DNA of 64,000 nt, from NCBI RefSeq assembly GCF_003334305.1, contig NZ_QOWS01000002.1, one strand, 5' to 3'. Below the pieces are notes generated by a model. The model searched no databases and was not told where the DNA came from. It worked only from the letters and a program-made list of their open reading frames with translations. A program made the position numbers and the translations under genes. Positions 31,987 to 41,729 of the stretch are shown here, piece by piece. The stretch's first letter is position 1. Every line of letters begins with the position of its first letter. The stretch comes from Escherichia coli (GTDB taxonomy: Bacteria; Pseudomonadota; Gammaproteobacteria; Enterobacterales; Enterobacteriaceae).

Positions 31987-32052
31987 TTATCCCAGATTAT
32001 TGGCAGCAATATGCCAGGCCATATCACTATTGCGGATTTGAATATGTTTCAT
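31987..32052 (-). CDS. ymjD: 21-codon ORF between ycjY and ymjC (ymjD-like)
   Basis: Reverse-strand ATG at 32050-32052 (overlapping the ycjY stop by 1 nt) through stop at 31987-31989, encoding MKHIQIRNSDMAWHIAANNLG; I recall a tiny annotated ymjD at this position in K-12 but cannot verify. Confidence 0.4.
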   Translation of the reverse strand: MKHIQIRNSDMAWHIAANNLG

Positions 32053-32972
32053 TACAGAGTTTCCTCAAAGAACGGAGCTAATACTGAAATTGCTTCAGCC
32101 ACATAGGCTTTGCCGTCATAAAGATCCATATGGTTTGCGCCTTCAACAATGTGATAGCGTTTATCCTGGCTTGATGCCCGATCGTACAGGTCGTCACTCA
32201 TCCATTTGCTCCCTGCCTGGCTGCCCGCCACAATCTGCATCGGCTGAGTCAGGTACACTTCCGCCATATGGTAAGCATCATAGGTAATAATCTGGTTAAG
32301 GCTGCGCAAAGTAGCGTAACCCGGTGCTGTTGGATACTGCGCGCGAGGGGTGTGGTAATACTCCCAGGCCTGACGCAGTTCTTCGTTCGGCGCATCGGAC
32401 TCCTTCATTGGTGCCAGTGGCATAACGGCATATTCTCCGCTGCTAATATCGCTGGTTCGGGCGTTTGAACCCGCTTCAACGTATGGCAGGGCATCAATAG
32501 ATTTCACATTGTTTTCCCAACCATTACGGAACATCGAACCAATATTGACCGCACTAACGGTACCGATGGCCTTGATGCGGCGATCCTGAATTGCAGCATT
32601 GGCTGTATATCCTGCACCGGCACAAATTCCCATCGCACCAATTCGGGTATTGTCGACATAAGAAAGCGTTGTCAGGTAATCAATCACGGCACTGATGTCT
32701 TCAGTACGAATGTATGGGTTTTCTAACTGACGCGGCTCGCCGCCACTTTCACCTTGATAAGATGCGTCATAAGCAATAGTGACAAATCCCTTTTCCGCCA
32801 GTTTTTTGGCATAGGTTCCGGCCGTTTGTTCTTTAACGCCCCCACCTGGGTGAGATACCACAATTGCCTGATACTGACGGGTTTCATCAAATTTTGGAGG
32901 GAAATAGATCACTGCAGACAAAGAGATGGTTGGATTATTGCTGTTAGTGAAGCTGACTTTATTATTCATCAT
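32052..32972 (-). CDS. ycjY: alpha/beta-hydrolase fold protein
   Basis: Track ORF 32052..32984; start tentatively at the ATG giving MMNNKVSF... (306 aa); serine-hydrolase nucleophile elbow GICAG. Start could be 12 nt further upstream. Confidence 0.85.
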   Translation of the reverse strand: MMNNKVSFTNSNNPTISLSAVIYFPPKFDETRQYQAIVVSHPGGGVKEQTAGTYAKKLAEKGFVTIAYDASYQGESGGEPRQLENPYIRTEDISAVIDYLTTLSYVDNTRIGAMGICAGAGYTANAAIQDRRIKAIGTVSAVNIGSMFRNGWENNVKSIDALPYVEAGSNARTSDISSGEYAVMPLAPMKESDAPNEELRQAWEYYHTPRAQYPTAPGYATLRSLNQIITYDAYHMAEVYLTQPMQIVAGSQAGSKWMSDDLYDRASSQDKRYHIVEGANHMDLYDGKAYVAEAISVLAPFFEETL

Positions 32973-33042
32973 TCCGTTCCTCATGGAGTTGTCGGTTCGT
33001 TTTAACGGTTGGTGATATCACTATAGATATTGATCATTAAGT

Positions 33043-33085
33043 TGATTAGACCCAAAATCATGATTAGACCTATCATTTAAATGAT
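33043..33085. promoter_or_regulatory. candidate PgrR (LysR-type) operator in the ycjY/pgrR divergent promoter
   Basis: Direct repeat TGATTAGACC at 33043-33052 and 33061-33070, followed by the perfect 14-bp palindrome ATCATTTAAATGAT at 33072-33085, 25 bp upstream of the pgrR ATG. Confidence 0.4.
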
Positions 33086-33109
33086 TAATAGATTGCATGG
33101 AGATACTGA

Positions 33110-34009
33110 ATGAAGCGTGAAGAAATCGCTGATCTGATGGCGTTTGTCGTCGTTGCAGAGGAGCGTAGCTTCACTCGTGCAGCAGCCCGCCTGAGCATGG
33201 CGCAGTCAGCTTTAAGCCAGATAGTGCGTCGTATAGAAGAACGATTGGGATTGCGGCTTCTGACGCGAACCACGCGCAGCGTTGTTCCAACTGAAGCGGG
33301 CGAGCATCTTTTGTCTGTTCTTGGCCCTATGTTGCATGACATAGATTCAGCCCTGGCATCCCTGAGCGAGCTGCAGAACCGCCCATCCGGGACAATACGT
33401 ATTACTACTGTAGAACATGCAGCAAAAACGATATTGTTACCAGCAATGCGCACATTCCTGAAATCGCATCCTGAAATTGATATTCAGCTCACCATTGATT
33501 ATGGTTTGACCGATGTCGTTTCTGAACGTTTTGATGCAGGCGTCCGTCTGGGTGGGGAGATGGATAAAGATATGATCGCCATTCGAATCGGGCCAGATAT
33601 ACCAATGGCTATTGTTGGCTCACCGGATTATTTTTCTCGCCGAAGTGTTCCAACGTCAGTGTCACAATTAATAGATCATCAGGCAATTAATTTGTATCTT
33701 CCCACATCGGGTACAGCAAATCGCTGGAGATTAATACGCGGTGGACGTGAAGTTCGTGTTCGCATGGAAGGTCAGCTTTTACTGAATACGATAGACCTGA
33801 TCATTGATGCTGCAATTGATGGGCATGGATTGGCGTATCTACCTTATGATCAGGTTGAGCGGGCTATTAAAGAAAAAAAACTGATACGTGTTTTGGATAA
33901 ATTCACACCAGATTTACCCGGTTATCACCTGTACTATCCACACCGTCGACATGCTGGCTCGGCATTCTCATTATTTATAGATAGGCTGAAGTATAAAGGT
34001 GCTGTTTAG
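33110..34009 (+). CDS. pgrR: LysR-family transcriptional regulator
   Basis: 299-aa ORF with N-terminal LysR HTH (FTRAAARLSMAQSALSQ). Confidence 0.9.
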   Translation: MKREEIADLMAFVVVAEERSFTRAAARLSMAQSALSQIVRRIEERLGLRLLTRTTRSVVPTEAGEHLLSVLGPMLHDIDSALASLSELQNRPSGTIRITTVEHAAKTILLPAMRTFLKSHPEIDIQLTIDYGLTDVVSERFDAGVRLGGEMDKDMIAIRIGPDIPMAIVGSPDYFSRRSVPTSVSQLIDHQAINLYLPTSGTANRWRLIRGGREVRVRMEGQLLLNTIDLIIDAAIDGHGLAYLPYDQVERAIKEKKLIRVLDKFTPDLPGYHLYYPHRRHAGSAFSLFIDRLKYKGAV

Positions 34010-34345
34010 CACTACTTGCTGATACATTAATTTAATTTCTCTCTTAACGTATTCTCAGTTCCTTTCAACGTTTTGGTTATTTTTTATTCTTCGTACAATG
34101 GCGACAGATGCTGATTATGATACCGAAAACTGGTTTGAACGTGCGAAGCCTGAACGTAGTGTTCGGTGTTCTATGTGCTTTACCGCATTTTGGCGTCGAT
34201 TATTTACACTAAATCTGATTTAATATATTGATACATAAAACATTTTATGCTTCCTGTGTCACTTTTTTGATGGAAGTTGTTTGCATTTCTTTAAGGCGAA
34301 ACAAATAATTACGCATCAATTTTAATGTCGGTTAGAGGGAAACTT

Positions 34346-35959
34346 ATGAAGCACTCTGTTTCAGTCACGTGTTGTGCGCTGTTGGTCAGCAGCATTTCTC
34401 TTTCGTATGCTGCAGAAGTTCCGAGCGGCACAGTACTGGCAGAGAAGCAGGAGCTGGTGCGCCACATTAAAGATGAGCCTGCGTCGCTGGATCCCGCTAA
34501 AGCCGTGGGCCTGCCAGAGATTCAGGTCATTCGCGATCTGTTTGAAGGACTGGTGAATCAGAACGAGAAAGGGGAGATTGTCCCCGGCGTTGCGACTCAG
34601 TGGAAAAGTAATGACAACCGTATCTGGACTTTTACCCTGCGCGATAACGCAAAATGGGCGGATGGCACACCGGTAACGGCGCAAGATTTTGTCTACAGCT
34701 GGCAACGTCTGGTGGACCCGAAAACTCTATCGCCATTTGCATGGTTTGCCGCGCTGGCGGGAATCAACAACGCACAGGCGATTATTGATGGTAAAGCTAC
34801 GCCTGACCAGCTTGGCGTCACCGCAGTTGATGCCCATACTTTGAAAATTCAGCTTGATAAACCGTTGCCGTGGTTTGTGAATTTAACCGCTAACTTTGCC
34901 TTCTTCCCGGTGCAAAAAGCCAACGTAGAAAGCGGTAAAGAGTGGACGAAACCCGGAAATCTGATTGGCAATGGCGCTTATGTTCTTAAAGAGCGCGTAG
35001 TCAATGAAAAACTGGTCGTGGTACCGAATACCCATTATTGGGATAACGCCAAAACGGTACTGCAAAAAGTGACCTTCCTGCCAATTAATCAGGAATCCGC
35101 AGCCACTAAGCGTTACCTCGCGGGGGATATTGATATCACCGAATCCTTCCCGAAAAATATGTATCAGAAGCTGTTGAAGGATATTCCGGGGCAGGTTTAT
35201 ACGCCGCCGCAGCTCGGGACCTATTATTATGCGTTTAACACGCAAAAAGGGCCGACGGCAGATCAGCGCGTTCGTCTGGCATTAAGTATGACGATAGATC
35301 GCCGCCTGATGACCGAAAAAGTATTAGGGACGGGCGAAAAGCCAGCGTGGCATTTTACACCAGATGTTACCGCCGGATTTACGCCGGAACCTTCGCCGTT
35401 TGAACAAATGAGTCAGGAAGAACTGAATGCGCAGGCAAAAACTTTGTTGAGCGCAGCTGGTTATGGTCCGCAAAAACCGCTGAAGCTGACGCTTTTGTAT
35501 AACACTTCAGAAAACCATCAAAAAATTGCGATTGCTGTAGCATCGATGTGGAAAAAGAACCTTGGCGTAGATGTTAAATTGCAAAATCAGGAATGGAAAA
35601 CCTATATCGATAGCCGTAACACCGGCAATTTTGATGTTATCCGCGCCTCATGGGTGGGGGATTATAATGAACCCTCCACTTTCCTGACATTATTAACGTC
35701 AACGCATTCAGGAAATATTTCACGCTTTAACAATCCGGCATATGACAAAGTTCTGGCCCAGGCATCGACGGAAAATACCGTTAAAGCGCGTAATGCCGAT
35801 TACAACGCGGCAGAAAAAATCCTCATGGAGCAAGCACCGATTGCACCAATTTATCAATATACCAATGGACGATTAATCAAACCGTGGCTGAAAGGTTATC
35901 CCATTAATAACCCTGAAGATGTGGCGTACAGTCGGACTATGTATATTGTGAAGCATTGA
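34346..35959 (+). CDS. mppA: periplasmic murein tripeptide-binding protein (OppA paralogue)
   Basis: Track ORF 34325..35959 trimmed to ATG 34346 (MKHSVSVTCCALLVSS...) giving 537 aa. Confidence 0.92.
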   Translation: MKHSVSVTCCALLVSSISLSYAAEVPSGTVLAEKQELVRHIKDEPASLDPAKAVGLPEIQVIRDLFEGLVNQNEKGEIVPGVATQWKSNDNRIWTFTLRDNAKWADGTPVTAQDFVYSWQRLVDPKTLSPFAWFAALAGINNAQAIIDGKATPDQLGVTAVDAHTLKIQLDKPLPWFVNLTANFAFFPVQKANVESGKEWTKPGNLIGNGAYVLKERVVNEKLVVVPNTHYWDNAKTVLQKVTFLPINQESAATKRYLAGDIDITESFPKNMYQKLLKDIPGQVYTPPQLGTYYYAFNTQKGPTADQRVRLALSMTIDRRLMTEKVLGTGEKPAWHFTPDVTAGFTPEPSPFEQMSQEELNAQAKTLLSAAGYGPQKPLKLTLLYNTSENHQKIAIAVASMWKKNLGVDVKLQNQEWKTYIDSRNTGNFDVIRASWVGDYNEPSTFLTLLTSTHSGNISRFNNPAYDKVLAQASTENTVKARNADYNAAEKILMEQAPIAPIYQYTNGRLIKPWLKGYPINNPEDVAYSRTMYIVKH

Positions 35960-36009
35960 TGTGATGGGAACTGGCGTTACCCTTGTGGATAACGCCAGTG
36001 ATGTCTGAT

Positions 36010-37041
36010 TTAGCGACCCTGTTCCGGCGGTGTAATGTTATCCATATACAGCGTCTGGCTGGGGAAGGCAAAGTCCGCGCCGTGTGACTGTACAATATCG
36101 ATAATCTTCAAATAAACGTCTTGCTGTGCAGCAAGCCATTCAGCCCATACCGTGGTTTTGGTAAAGCAATAAACCATAATATTCAATGACGAGTCGGCAA
36201 ACTGGTTGAAATAAACCAGTAAGGTTTGTCGCTGGTCGATGGCCGGGTGATTTTTCAGCATCTCACGTACGGCTTCGACAATAACGCCCACTTTTGCCGC
36301 ATCCTCATAACGTAAACCAATGGTCGTGGTAATGCGGCGGTTGGTCATTCGTCCTGGGTTTTCTACGCTGATCGACGAAAACAGCGAGTTCGGTACGTAC
36401 AATGGACGATTATCAAAGGTCGTAATTTTGGTAATTCGCCAGCCAATTTCCGCTACTGTACCTTCGATATTTCTGTCCGGTGAACGGATCCAGTCGCCAA
36501 TACTGAAAGGACGGTCGAAATAGAGCATGATCCCGGAAAAGAAATTACTCAGAATATCTTTACCGGCCATACCGACAGCCAGACCACCAATACCACCAAA
36601 GGTCAACAAGCCAGAAAGGCTCATGCCGAAATGTTCGCCATAAAGCAGAACAAGCACCACAATAATGGTGATTTTGATAATGCGCGACATAATCCGCGCA
36701 CTGGTGATATCGCGACCTTTTTTAATCTGCTGTTTTTCAAACTGATTAATCAGCAAAAATAGCTTAATCGTCAGAATAACCGCAATCAGGGACGTACAGA
36801 TAAAATCGATAACGCCTGGGGTGATAAATTTGAGTTTATAGTTTTCTATAACATAATTAATAATGCTACCAACAGCACTGATAATTATGGTGTAGATTAA
36901 AAATTGCACCGCATGGAATAAAAAACCTTTTCTTTTACGATTTCCGCGGCGAAACCAAAAGCTCATCAGAATCAATGCTGCGCAGCTACCGAAAATAATG
37001 ACCAGATTAAGCGCATTATTTGTAAACAGTTCAGCGATCAT
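36010..37041 (-). CDS. ynaI: MscS-family mechanosensitive channel
   Basis: 343-aa ORF with N-terminal transmembrane helices and MscS-like C-terminal domain. Confidence 0.9.
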
Positions 37042-37284
37042 TGTTTTATCAGGCTCCTCCAGATAATTGTCGTCATGCCGGAAACCCCTGGCGGGGCTAT
37101 TTTACCGCGACAATTCATTCAGATCATCAATAGTCAGGGAAGGAAGTAGCAATATTAGCTAACTAATCAATGCGTTGATTGTAAATCCAGCTAAGAGGTG
37201 AGGTTTTCAGAGCAGACAACGGTGAAATGTCATGGTATTGTTACGTTTAGGTAACAAGAAATTTGTCTGCACAAGGATTACATC

Positions 37285-37542
37285 ATGATTATGGCGAAAC
37301 TGAAGTCAGCGAAAGGGAAGAAATTTCTCTTTGGTTTGTTGGCGGTTTTCATTATTGCGGCGTCGGTTGTGACTCGCGCGACTATCGGCGGCGTTATAGA
37401 ACAGTACAATATTCCGCTGTCTGAGTGGACGACATCAATGTATGTGATTCAGTCATCGATGATTTTTGTTTATAGCCTGGTCTTTACTGTGTTGCTGGCA
37501 ATCCCGTTGGGAATTTATTTCCTTGGCGGCGAAGAGCAGTAA
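37285..37542 (+). CDS. ynaJ: small inner-membrane protein (DUF2534)
   Basis: 85-aa ORF with two hydrophobic segments. Confidence 0.85.
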   Translation: MIMAKLKSAKGKKFLFGLLAVFIIAASVVTRATIGGVIEQYNIPLSEWTTSMYVIQSSMIFVYSLVFTVLLAIPLGIYFLGGEEQ

Positions 37543-37551
37543 GTAAAAAAT

Positions 37552-37571
37552 AGGCCCGATAACTCGGGCCT
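37552..37571. terminator. bidirectional hairpin terminator between convergent ynaJ and uspE
   Basis: AGGCCCGATAACTCGGGCCT stem-loop flanked by an A-run upstream and a T-rich tract downstream. Confidence 0.6.
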
Positions 37572-37591
37572 TGTCAGTTATTGAAGAGTCG

Positions 37592-38542
37592 TTAATCGTC
37601 TTCTTCGTCATCCAGTTCAACGGGTGTCTGATACTGGTCAGGTTTAATGACCAACAGATCGCAGCGAAGATGATCAATCACCTGTTCCGCCGTGTTGCCG
37701 AGGAATGCTGCTGAAATACCGGTGCGTCCTACCGTGCCCAGAACCACAATCCCCGCCTGTAAGTGCTCCGCCAAATCAGGAATCACCTCTTCTGGCAGAC
37801 CTTTTTCTACGTGCGTCATGTTTTCATTAATGCCGAATTTCTGCCGCAGAGCTTTCATTGCCAGCAAATGTTGCCCACGAATGGCATCGTTATAAACGCT
37901 CGGATCAAATTCCGGCAGTTCAATCGCGATATTAATTGGCGTTACCGGATAAGCGCCAACCAGATGAACTTCGGTATGGTTGACTTGTTCTGCCAGTTCG
38001 ATCGTCTCTTTGACCAGTTTTTCATTGAGCGCATTATGATACGGCTCTTCACTGGCGAGATTCACCGCCACCAGCGCCTTGCCTCCTTCCGGCCACGGCT
38101 GGTCTTTCACCATCCACACCGGGCTTGGGCATTTGCGTAACAGATGCCAGTCCGTTGGCGTAAAAATCACCGCTTCCAGACGGTCATGTTGGTGCGCCAT
38201 TTTTAGCACCAAATCGTGCCCGCCGCTGATCACTTCCTGAATGATGGCTTCGAAAGGACGGTTATGCCAGACCACTTTAATTTCAATGGGAACGCCAGCA
38301 TTGAGATAATATTTTGCCTGCTCGTGGATCCAGGCTGTACGCTGGCTGATGACGCCCTGACGCATAGCCGTACGTTCGTCCGGGGAGAGCAGGGTGGTCA
38401 TTTCGTATGAGAAGTCATAGATCGGCAAAAAGGCTTTAATTTTGCCACCAATCCGTTGATGTAAATAAACAGCTCGCCGCAATGCTGGTTGGTCGTCCTG
38501 GTTAGGATCGATAACAACGAGCATGTTCTGATACATAGCCAT
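37592..38542 (-). CDS. uspE: universal stress protein E (tandem Usp domains)
   Basis: Track ORF 37592..38569 trimmed to the ATG at 38540-38542 ([17 protein letters not shown]...) giving 316 aa. Confidence 0.92.
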   Translation of the reverse strand: MAMYQNMLVVIDPNQDDQPALRRAVYLHQRIGGKIKAFLPIYDFSYEMTTLLSPDERTAMRQGVISQRTAWIHEQAKYYLNAGVPIEIKVVWHNRPFEAIIQEVISGGHDLVLKMAHQHDRLEAVIFTPTDWHLLRKCPSPVWMVKDQPWPEGGKALVAVNLASEEPYHNALNEKLVKETIELAEQVNHTEVHLVGAYPVTPINIAIELPEFDPSVYNDAIRGQHLLAMKALRQKFGINENMTHVEKGLPEEVIPDLAEHLQAGIVVLGTVGRTGISAAFLGNTAEQVIDHLRCDLLVIKPDQYQTPVELDDEEDD

Positions 38543-38693
38543 ACAGGGTCTCCTTACAACAACTGTCAACGCAGTTTGTAATTAAAAGATTAACCCATAT
38601 CTGGTGAATGAAACAGTGATGAACCTTCTGCCAGATCAATAAATCAGAAAAATTTAATGATATGACAGAAGGATAGTGAGTTATGCGGAAAAA

Positions 38694-39446
38694 TCAGGCA
38701 ACATTACGCGTATGACCAGCAAGCTGGGCCAGCGCATCGTTATTTTCGATGGTGATGTATTTACCTTTGACTGCCAGCATACCGCTTTTCTGGAAGCGAC
38801 CTAGCAGACGGCTGATGGTTTCTACCGTCAGGCCCAGATAGTTACCGATATCGCCACGAGTCATCGTCAGGCGGAATTCACGAGGGGAGAAGCCGCGTTG
38901 GGCAAAACGACGGGACAGGTTGTAGATGAATGCAGCCAGACGTTCCTCGGCATTTTTCTTCGACAACAGCAGGATCATGTCCTGATCGCCTTTGATTTCA
39001 CCGCTCATCAGACGCATCATCTGCTGACGCAGATTCGGCATTTTACCGGACAAATCGTCCAGCGTTTCGAACGGGATTTCACATACCATCGAGGTTTCCA
39101 GCGCCTGAGCGAAGCTCGGGTGATGGCCGCTGCCGATGGCGTCAAATCCCACCAGGTCGCCTGCTAAATGGAAACCAGTGATTTGCTCGTCGCCTTGCTC
39201 AGTGATGGTATAACTTTTAATCGTACCGGAGCGGATGGCATAAAGCGATTTAAGTTCATCACCAGCCTTAAACAGCGTCTGGCCTTTCTGAATAGGCTTC
39301 TTCCGCTCAATGATATTATCAAGCTGATCAAGCTCATGTTCGTTGAGTGTGAACGGGATGCAAAGCTGGCTGATGCTGCAATCCTGGCAATGGATAGCAC
39401 AACCGCCAGACTGAATGCGCCGTATAATTCGCTTTTCCGGGATCAT
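38694..39446 (-). CDS. fnr: anaerobic global regulator FNR (CRP/FNR family, Fe-S cluster)
   Basis: Track ORF 38694..39503 trimmed to the ATG at 39444-39446 ([31 protein letters not shown]...) giving 250 aa; N-terminal Cys cluster and C-terminal HTH. Confidence 0.96.
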
Positions 39447-39465
39447 AGGTCTGCTCAAGCCGTAA

Positions 39466-39479
39466 TTGATATTTGTCAA
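39466..39479. promoter_or_regulatory. FNR box in the fnr promoter (autoregulation)
   Basis: TTGATATTTGTCAA, a near-consensus TTGAT-N4-ATCAA site 20 bp upstream of the fnr start codon. Confidence 0.6.
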
Positions 39480-39640
39480 TTTTAACATCTTTTTAGGGAG
39501 CAAGTAAGTCTAAGCAAACCTTAACAGCAGAGAATTCCGATATTAGATGTAAATATATGTCTATCTATTTGAAAACCCTTAAGTTGTTAAGGGTAACTTT
39601 ACATAAAAGTGTGAACAAGCTGGCACAAATTGTTTAATGT

Positions 39641-40156
39641 TTACAGCAAAAGATAACCTTCGTGGCGCAATAACCACTCTTTTCGCTGAACTCCGCCTGC
39701 ATATCCGGTCATGGTGCCGTTTCGGCCAATAACCCGATGGCAAGGTACGACGATGCTGATGGGATTCGATCCGTTTGCCGCACCAACGGCACGCGCCGCG
39801 CCAGGGCGGCCCAATTGTTCAGCCAGTTGGCCGTAATGCATTACCTGCCCGCAGGGGATAGTGCGTAGAGTTTTCCAGACTTCGCGCTGAAATGGCGTCC
39901 CCCCTGTGGCAGTGGGAAGCGTATCAATAATGCTAAGATTACCGGCAAAATAATCACGAAGCTTGTCGCTTAAACCGCCTGGGTTGGTGGCAGAAATGCG
40001 CTCATAGCCTTCTTTGCGATAATGGATGTCCAGCAGCTGCACCATGCGTTCGCTGTACTCTTCCCATTCAACCGCCCGCAGGCGAAATTGCTCATCGCAA
40101 ATCACCCACAGTGGACCCAGTGGCGTGGCAATTTTTTCTTCAAGTAATCTCAGCAT
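39641..40156 (-). CDS. ogt: O6-alkylguanine-DNA alkyltransferase
   Basis: 171-aa ORF containing the active-site PCHRV motif. Confidence 0.93.
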   Translation of the reverse strand: MLRLLEEKIATPLGPLWVICDEQFRLRAVEWEEYSERMVQLLDIHYRKEGYERISATNPGGLSDKLRDYFAGNLSIIDTLPTATGGTPFQREVWKTLRTIPCGQVMHYGQLAEQLGRPGAARAVGAANGSNPISIVVPCHRVIGRNGTMTGYAGGVQRKEWLLRHEGYLLL

Positions 40157-40166
40157 CCGTTCTCTC

Positions 40167-41693
40167 TTAAGACAAACGTGGGTAAATCCCCGGACCTATC
40201 GGCAGACCAACAAGATACCACGCCAGCAACATCAGCAGCCATACCACCAAAAAGATAAGCGGATAGGGCAAGACTAACGAATAGTAAGTACCCAGTTTTG
40301 CGTCTGGTTTGTAGCGTTGCAGGAATCCAAGAAACAGTGGAACAAAAGGAGATACCGGCGCTAAAGGCAATACGGATGAGTCGGCAATACGAAAGAGGAT
40401 TTGCGCAAATGCCGGGTGAAAGCCAAGTAGCATAAACATTGGTACGAAAATGGGGGCCAGAATCGACCAGATTGCGGAACCGCTGGCAATAAACATGCAT
40501 AAGAAAGAGGAAAGCAACGCCAGACCGACAAACGCCGGGATGCCGCTAAGCCCTGAACTTTCAAGTATATCGGTCAGCCCCACGGCGATGAATTTCCCCA
40601 TGTTGCTCCAGTTAAACATGGCGACAAACTGGGCGAGGGGAAAAACCATCACGATAAATCCCGCCATCTCTTTCATCGGTTCAATCATTAAATGCGGTAA
40701 ATCCGCCTGACGTCGAATTGTGCGGGTAGCGATGCCATAAGCCAGCGAAACCACAAAGAAAAAAAGAATGATTAGTGGCACGATACCTTTAATAAAGGGT
40801 GATGGCATCACGGTGTGATTAATCGGATCGCGCAATATCCCGTTTTCCGGGATCACCATCAGCGCGATCGCAGCAATAAAAAGTAGCGATACGACACCTG
40901 CTATGCGTAAACCAAAACGCTGACTTTCGGTCAATGTCTGCAGTTTCTCATCGCTGTTTCCCTGCCATTGACCTAACCGTGGCTCGATGATTTTGTCGGT
41001 TATCAGGCCGCCAACAATCGTCAGTACGACTACGGAGCTGGCCATAAAATACCAGTTATCAATTACACTGACGTGCATTTGCGGATTGAACGCAGCCGCC
41101 GCTTCCGTGCTGATCCCCGACAGCAACACGTCGGTTGTGACAATCAGTAAATTAGCCGTGAAGCCGCAACCTACGCCTGCAATGGCGGCCAGTAAACCTG
41201 CAACTGGATGCCTGCCCACCGCCAGAAAAATCAGCGCACCCATCGGTGGCATGATCACTAACGCCGCATCGGAAGAAATGTGGCTGAAAAAAGCAATAAA
41301 CAGCACCATATAACTGGCGTAGCGGGCATTAACATGCGATGCCATTTTAACCATTAGCGCTGGCAGTAAGCCGACGCGCTCCGCTAGGCCGGCACCTAAA
41401 ACCAGCGCCAGGATCGCTCCAAGTGGAGCAAAACCGCTAAAGTTTTTAATCACATTGGGTAAAAACCAGTGTAATCCTTCCACACTGAGCAGGTTTTTCA
41501 CCACCACCGGCGTACCATCGGTCGGGTTTTTCGCACTGACGCCAAAGGCTGACAAAATTGCCGTCGTCACCATGAGTACGATTATCAAATAGATAAAGAG
41601 CAAAAAAGGATGGGGAACCTTGTTACCAATTCTTTCGACCCAGCCATAGAGCTTCCCGGATTGGGAGGACGACGGTATGGATGACATACTCAT
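40167..41693 (-). CDS. abgT: p-aminobenzoyl-glutamate transporter (AbgT family)
   Basis: Track ORF 40167..41699 trimmed by 2 codons to [11 protein letters not shown]... (508 aa); polytopic membrane protein. Confidence 0.9.
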   Translation of the reverse strand: MSMSSIPSSSQSGKLYGWVERIGNKVPHPFLLFIYLIIVLMVTTAILSAFGVSAKNPTDGTPVVVKNLLSVEGLHWFLPNVIKNFSGFAPLGAILALVLGAGLAERVGLLPALMVKMASHVNARYASYMVLFIAFFSHISSDAALVIMPPMGALIFLAVGRHPVAGLLAAIAGVGCGFTANLLIVTTDVLLSGISTEAAAAFNPQMHVSVIDNWYFMASSVVVLTIVGGLITDKIIEPRLGQWQGNSDEKLQTLTESQRFGLRIAGVVSLLFIAAIALMVIPENGILRDPINHTVMPSPFIKGIVPLIILFFFVVSLAYGIATRTIRRQADLPHLMIEPMKEMAGFIVMVFPLAQFVAMFNWSNMGKFIAVGLTDILESSGLSGIPAFVGLALLSSFLCMFIASGSAIWSILAPIFVPMFMLLGFHPAFAQILFRIADSSVLPLAPVSPFVPLFLGFLQRYKPDAKLGTYYSLVLPYPLIFLVVWLLMLLAWYLVGLPIGPGIYPRLS

Positions 41694-41729
41694 GGGCATT
41701 CCTCGGTTGTTGTGTTTGCGTTGTTGTTG

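Noticed and set aside
11309-32984. Longer N-terminal extensions offered by the ORF track for ycjM, ycjX, tyrR, ycjG, mpaA, ycjY and several others
   Set aside because: The upstream in-frame start codons lack ribosome-binding sites or fall inside operator and promoter elements; the downstream starts give the protein lengths I recall for these proteins.
40150-40564. Reverse-strand ORFs of 67-116 aa overlapping abgT
   Set aside because: Alternative frames inside the transporter gene with no independent support.
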